A stretch of 63,719 nt of DNA, counting the filler, from Octopus bimaculoides (lineage: Eukaryota), in the NCBI RefSeq assembly GCF_001194135.2. It is 6 parts of 5 records of this genome, joined end to end, with 100 filler letters (N's around TTAATTAATTAA, not from the genome) between each part and the next. Parts side by side here need not be neighbours in the genome. Positions count along the whole stretch, not along the records: positions 61,732 to 63,719 come from NC_068997.1; 5 more parts are not named here. The stretch is one strand, 5' to 3'. The translations under genes and the position numbers were made by a program. Below the pieces are notes generated by a model, which had not been told where the DNA came from, did not search any database, and saw nothing but the letters and a program-made list of their open reading frames with translations. Numbering within the stretch: position 1 is the stretch's first letter; each line of letters starts with the position of its first letter. Shown in pieces: positions 63,665 through 63,719 of the stretch.

Positions 63665-63719
<55 letters not shown>

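Overview
Eukaryotic, AT-rich, microsatellite- and SINE-dense DNA. The repeat families and the clustered C2H2 zinc-finger genes point to an octopus (coleoid cephalopod) genome; this is an inference, not a database match. Five identical 100-bp spacers (44 N + TTAATTAATTAA + 44 N) split the window into six scaffolded pieces, so adjacency across them is not guaranteed. Gene content: (1) two tandemly duplicated C2H2 zinc-finger genes on + (CDS 3961-5301 and 12593-14191) with paralogous promoters, a shared non-coding first exon and different transposon insertions in intron 1; (2) a 5'-truncated, intronless ORF of at least 797 codons on - (16989-19382) that appears to be built from several NHL-like beta-propeller units; (3) five coding exons of a septin-2-like gene on - (39994 to 32575), with the 3' half missing at a scaffold join; (4) two + strand exons (57530-57816, 60831-60974) that resemble a vitellogenin/MTP-type large lipid transfer protein. 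The rest is transposon debris: RTE, R4/Dong and Tx1/L1 LINE remnants, Merlin, mariner and DD37D transposase remnants, MITEs with clear TIRs and target duplications, a Penelope-like inverted repeat with a degenerate hammerhead core, and a pile-up of about 15 co-oriented SINEs inside (AAT)n arrays. No CRISPR or rRNA is present, and no intact tRNA was seen.
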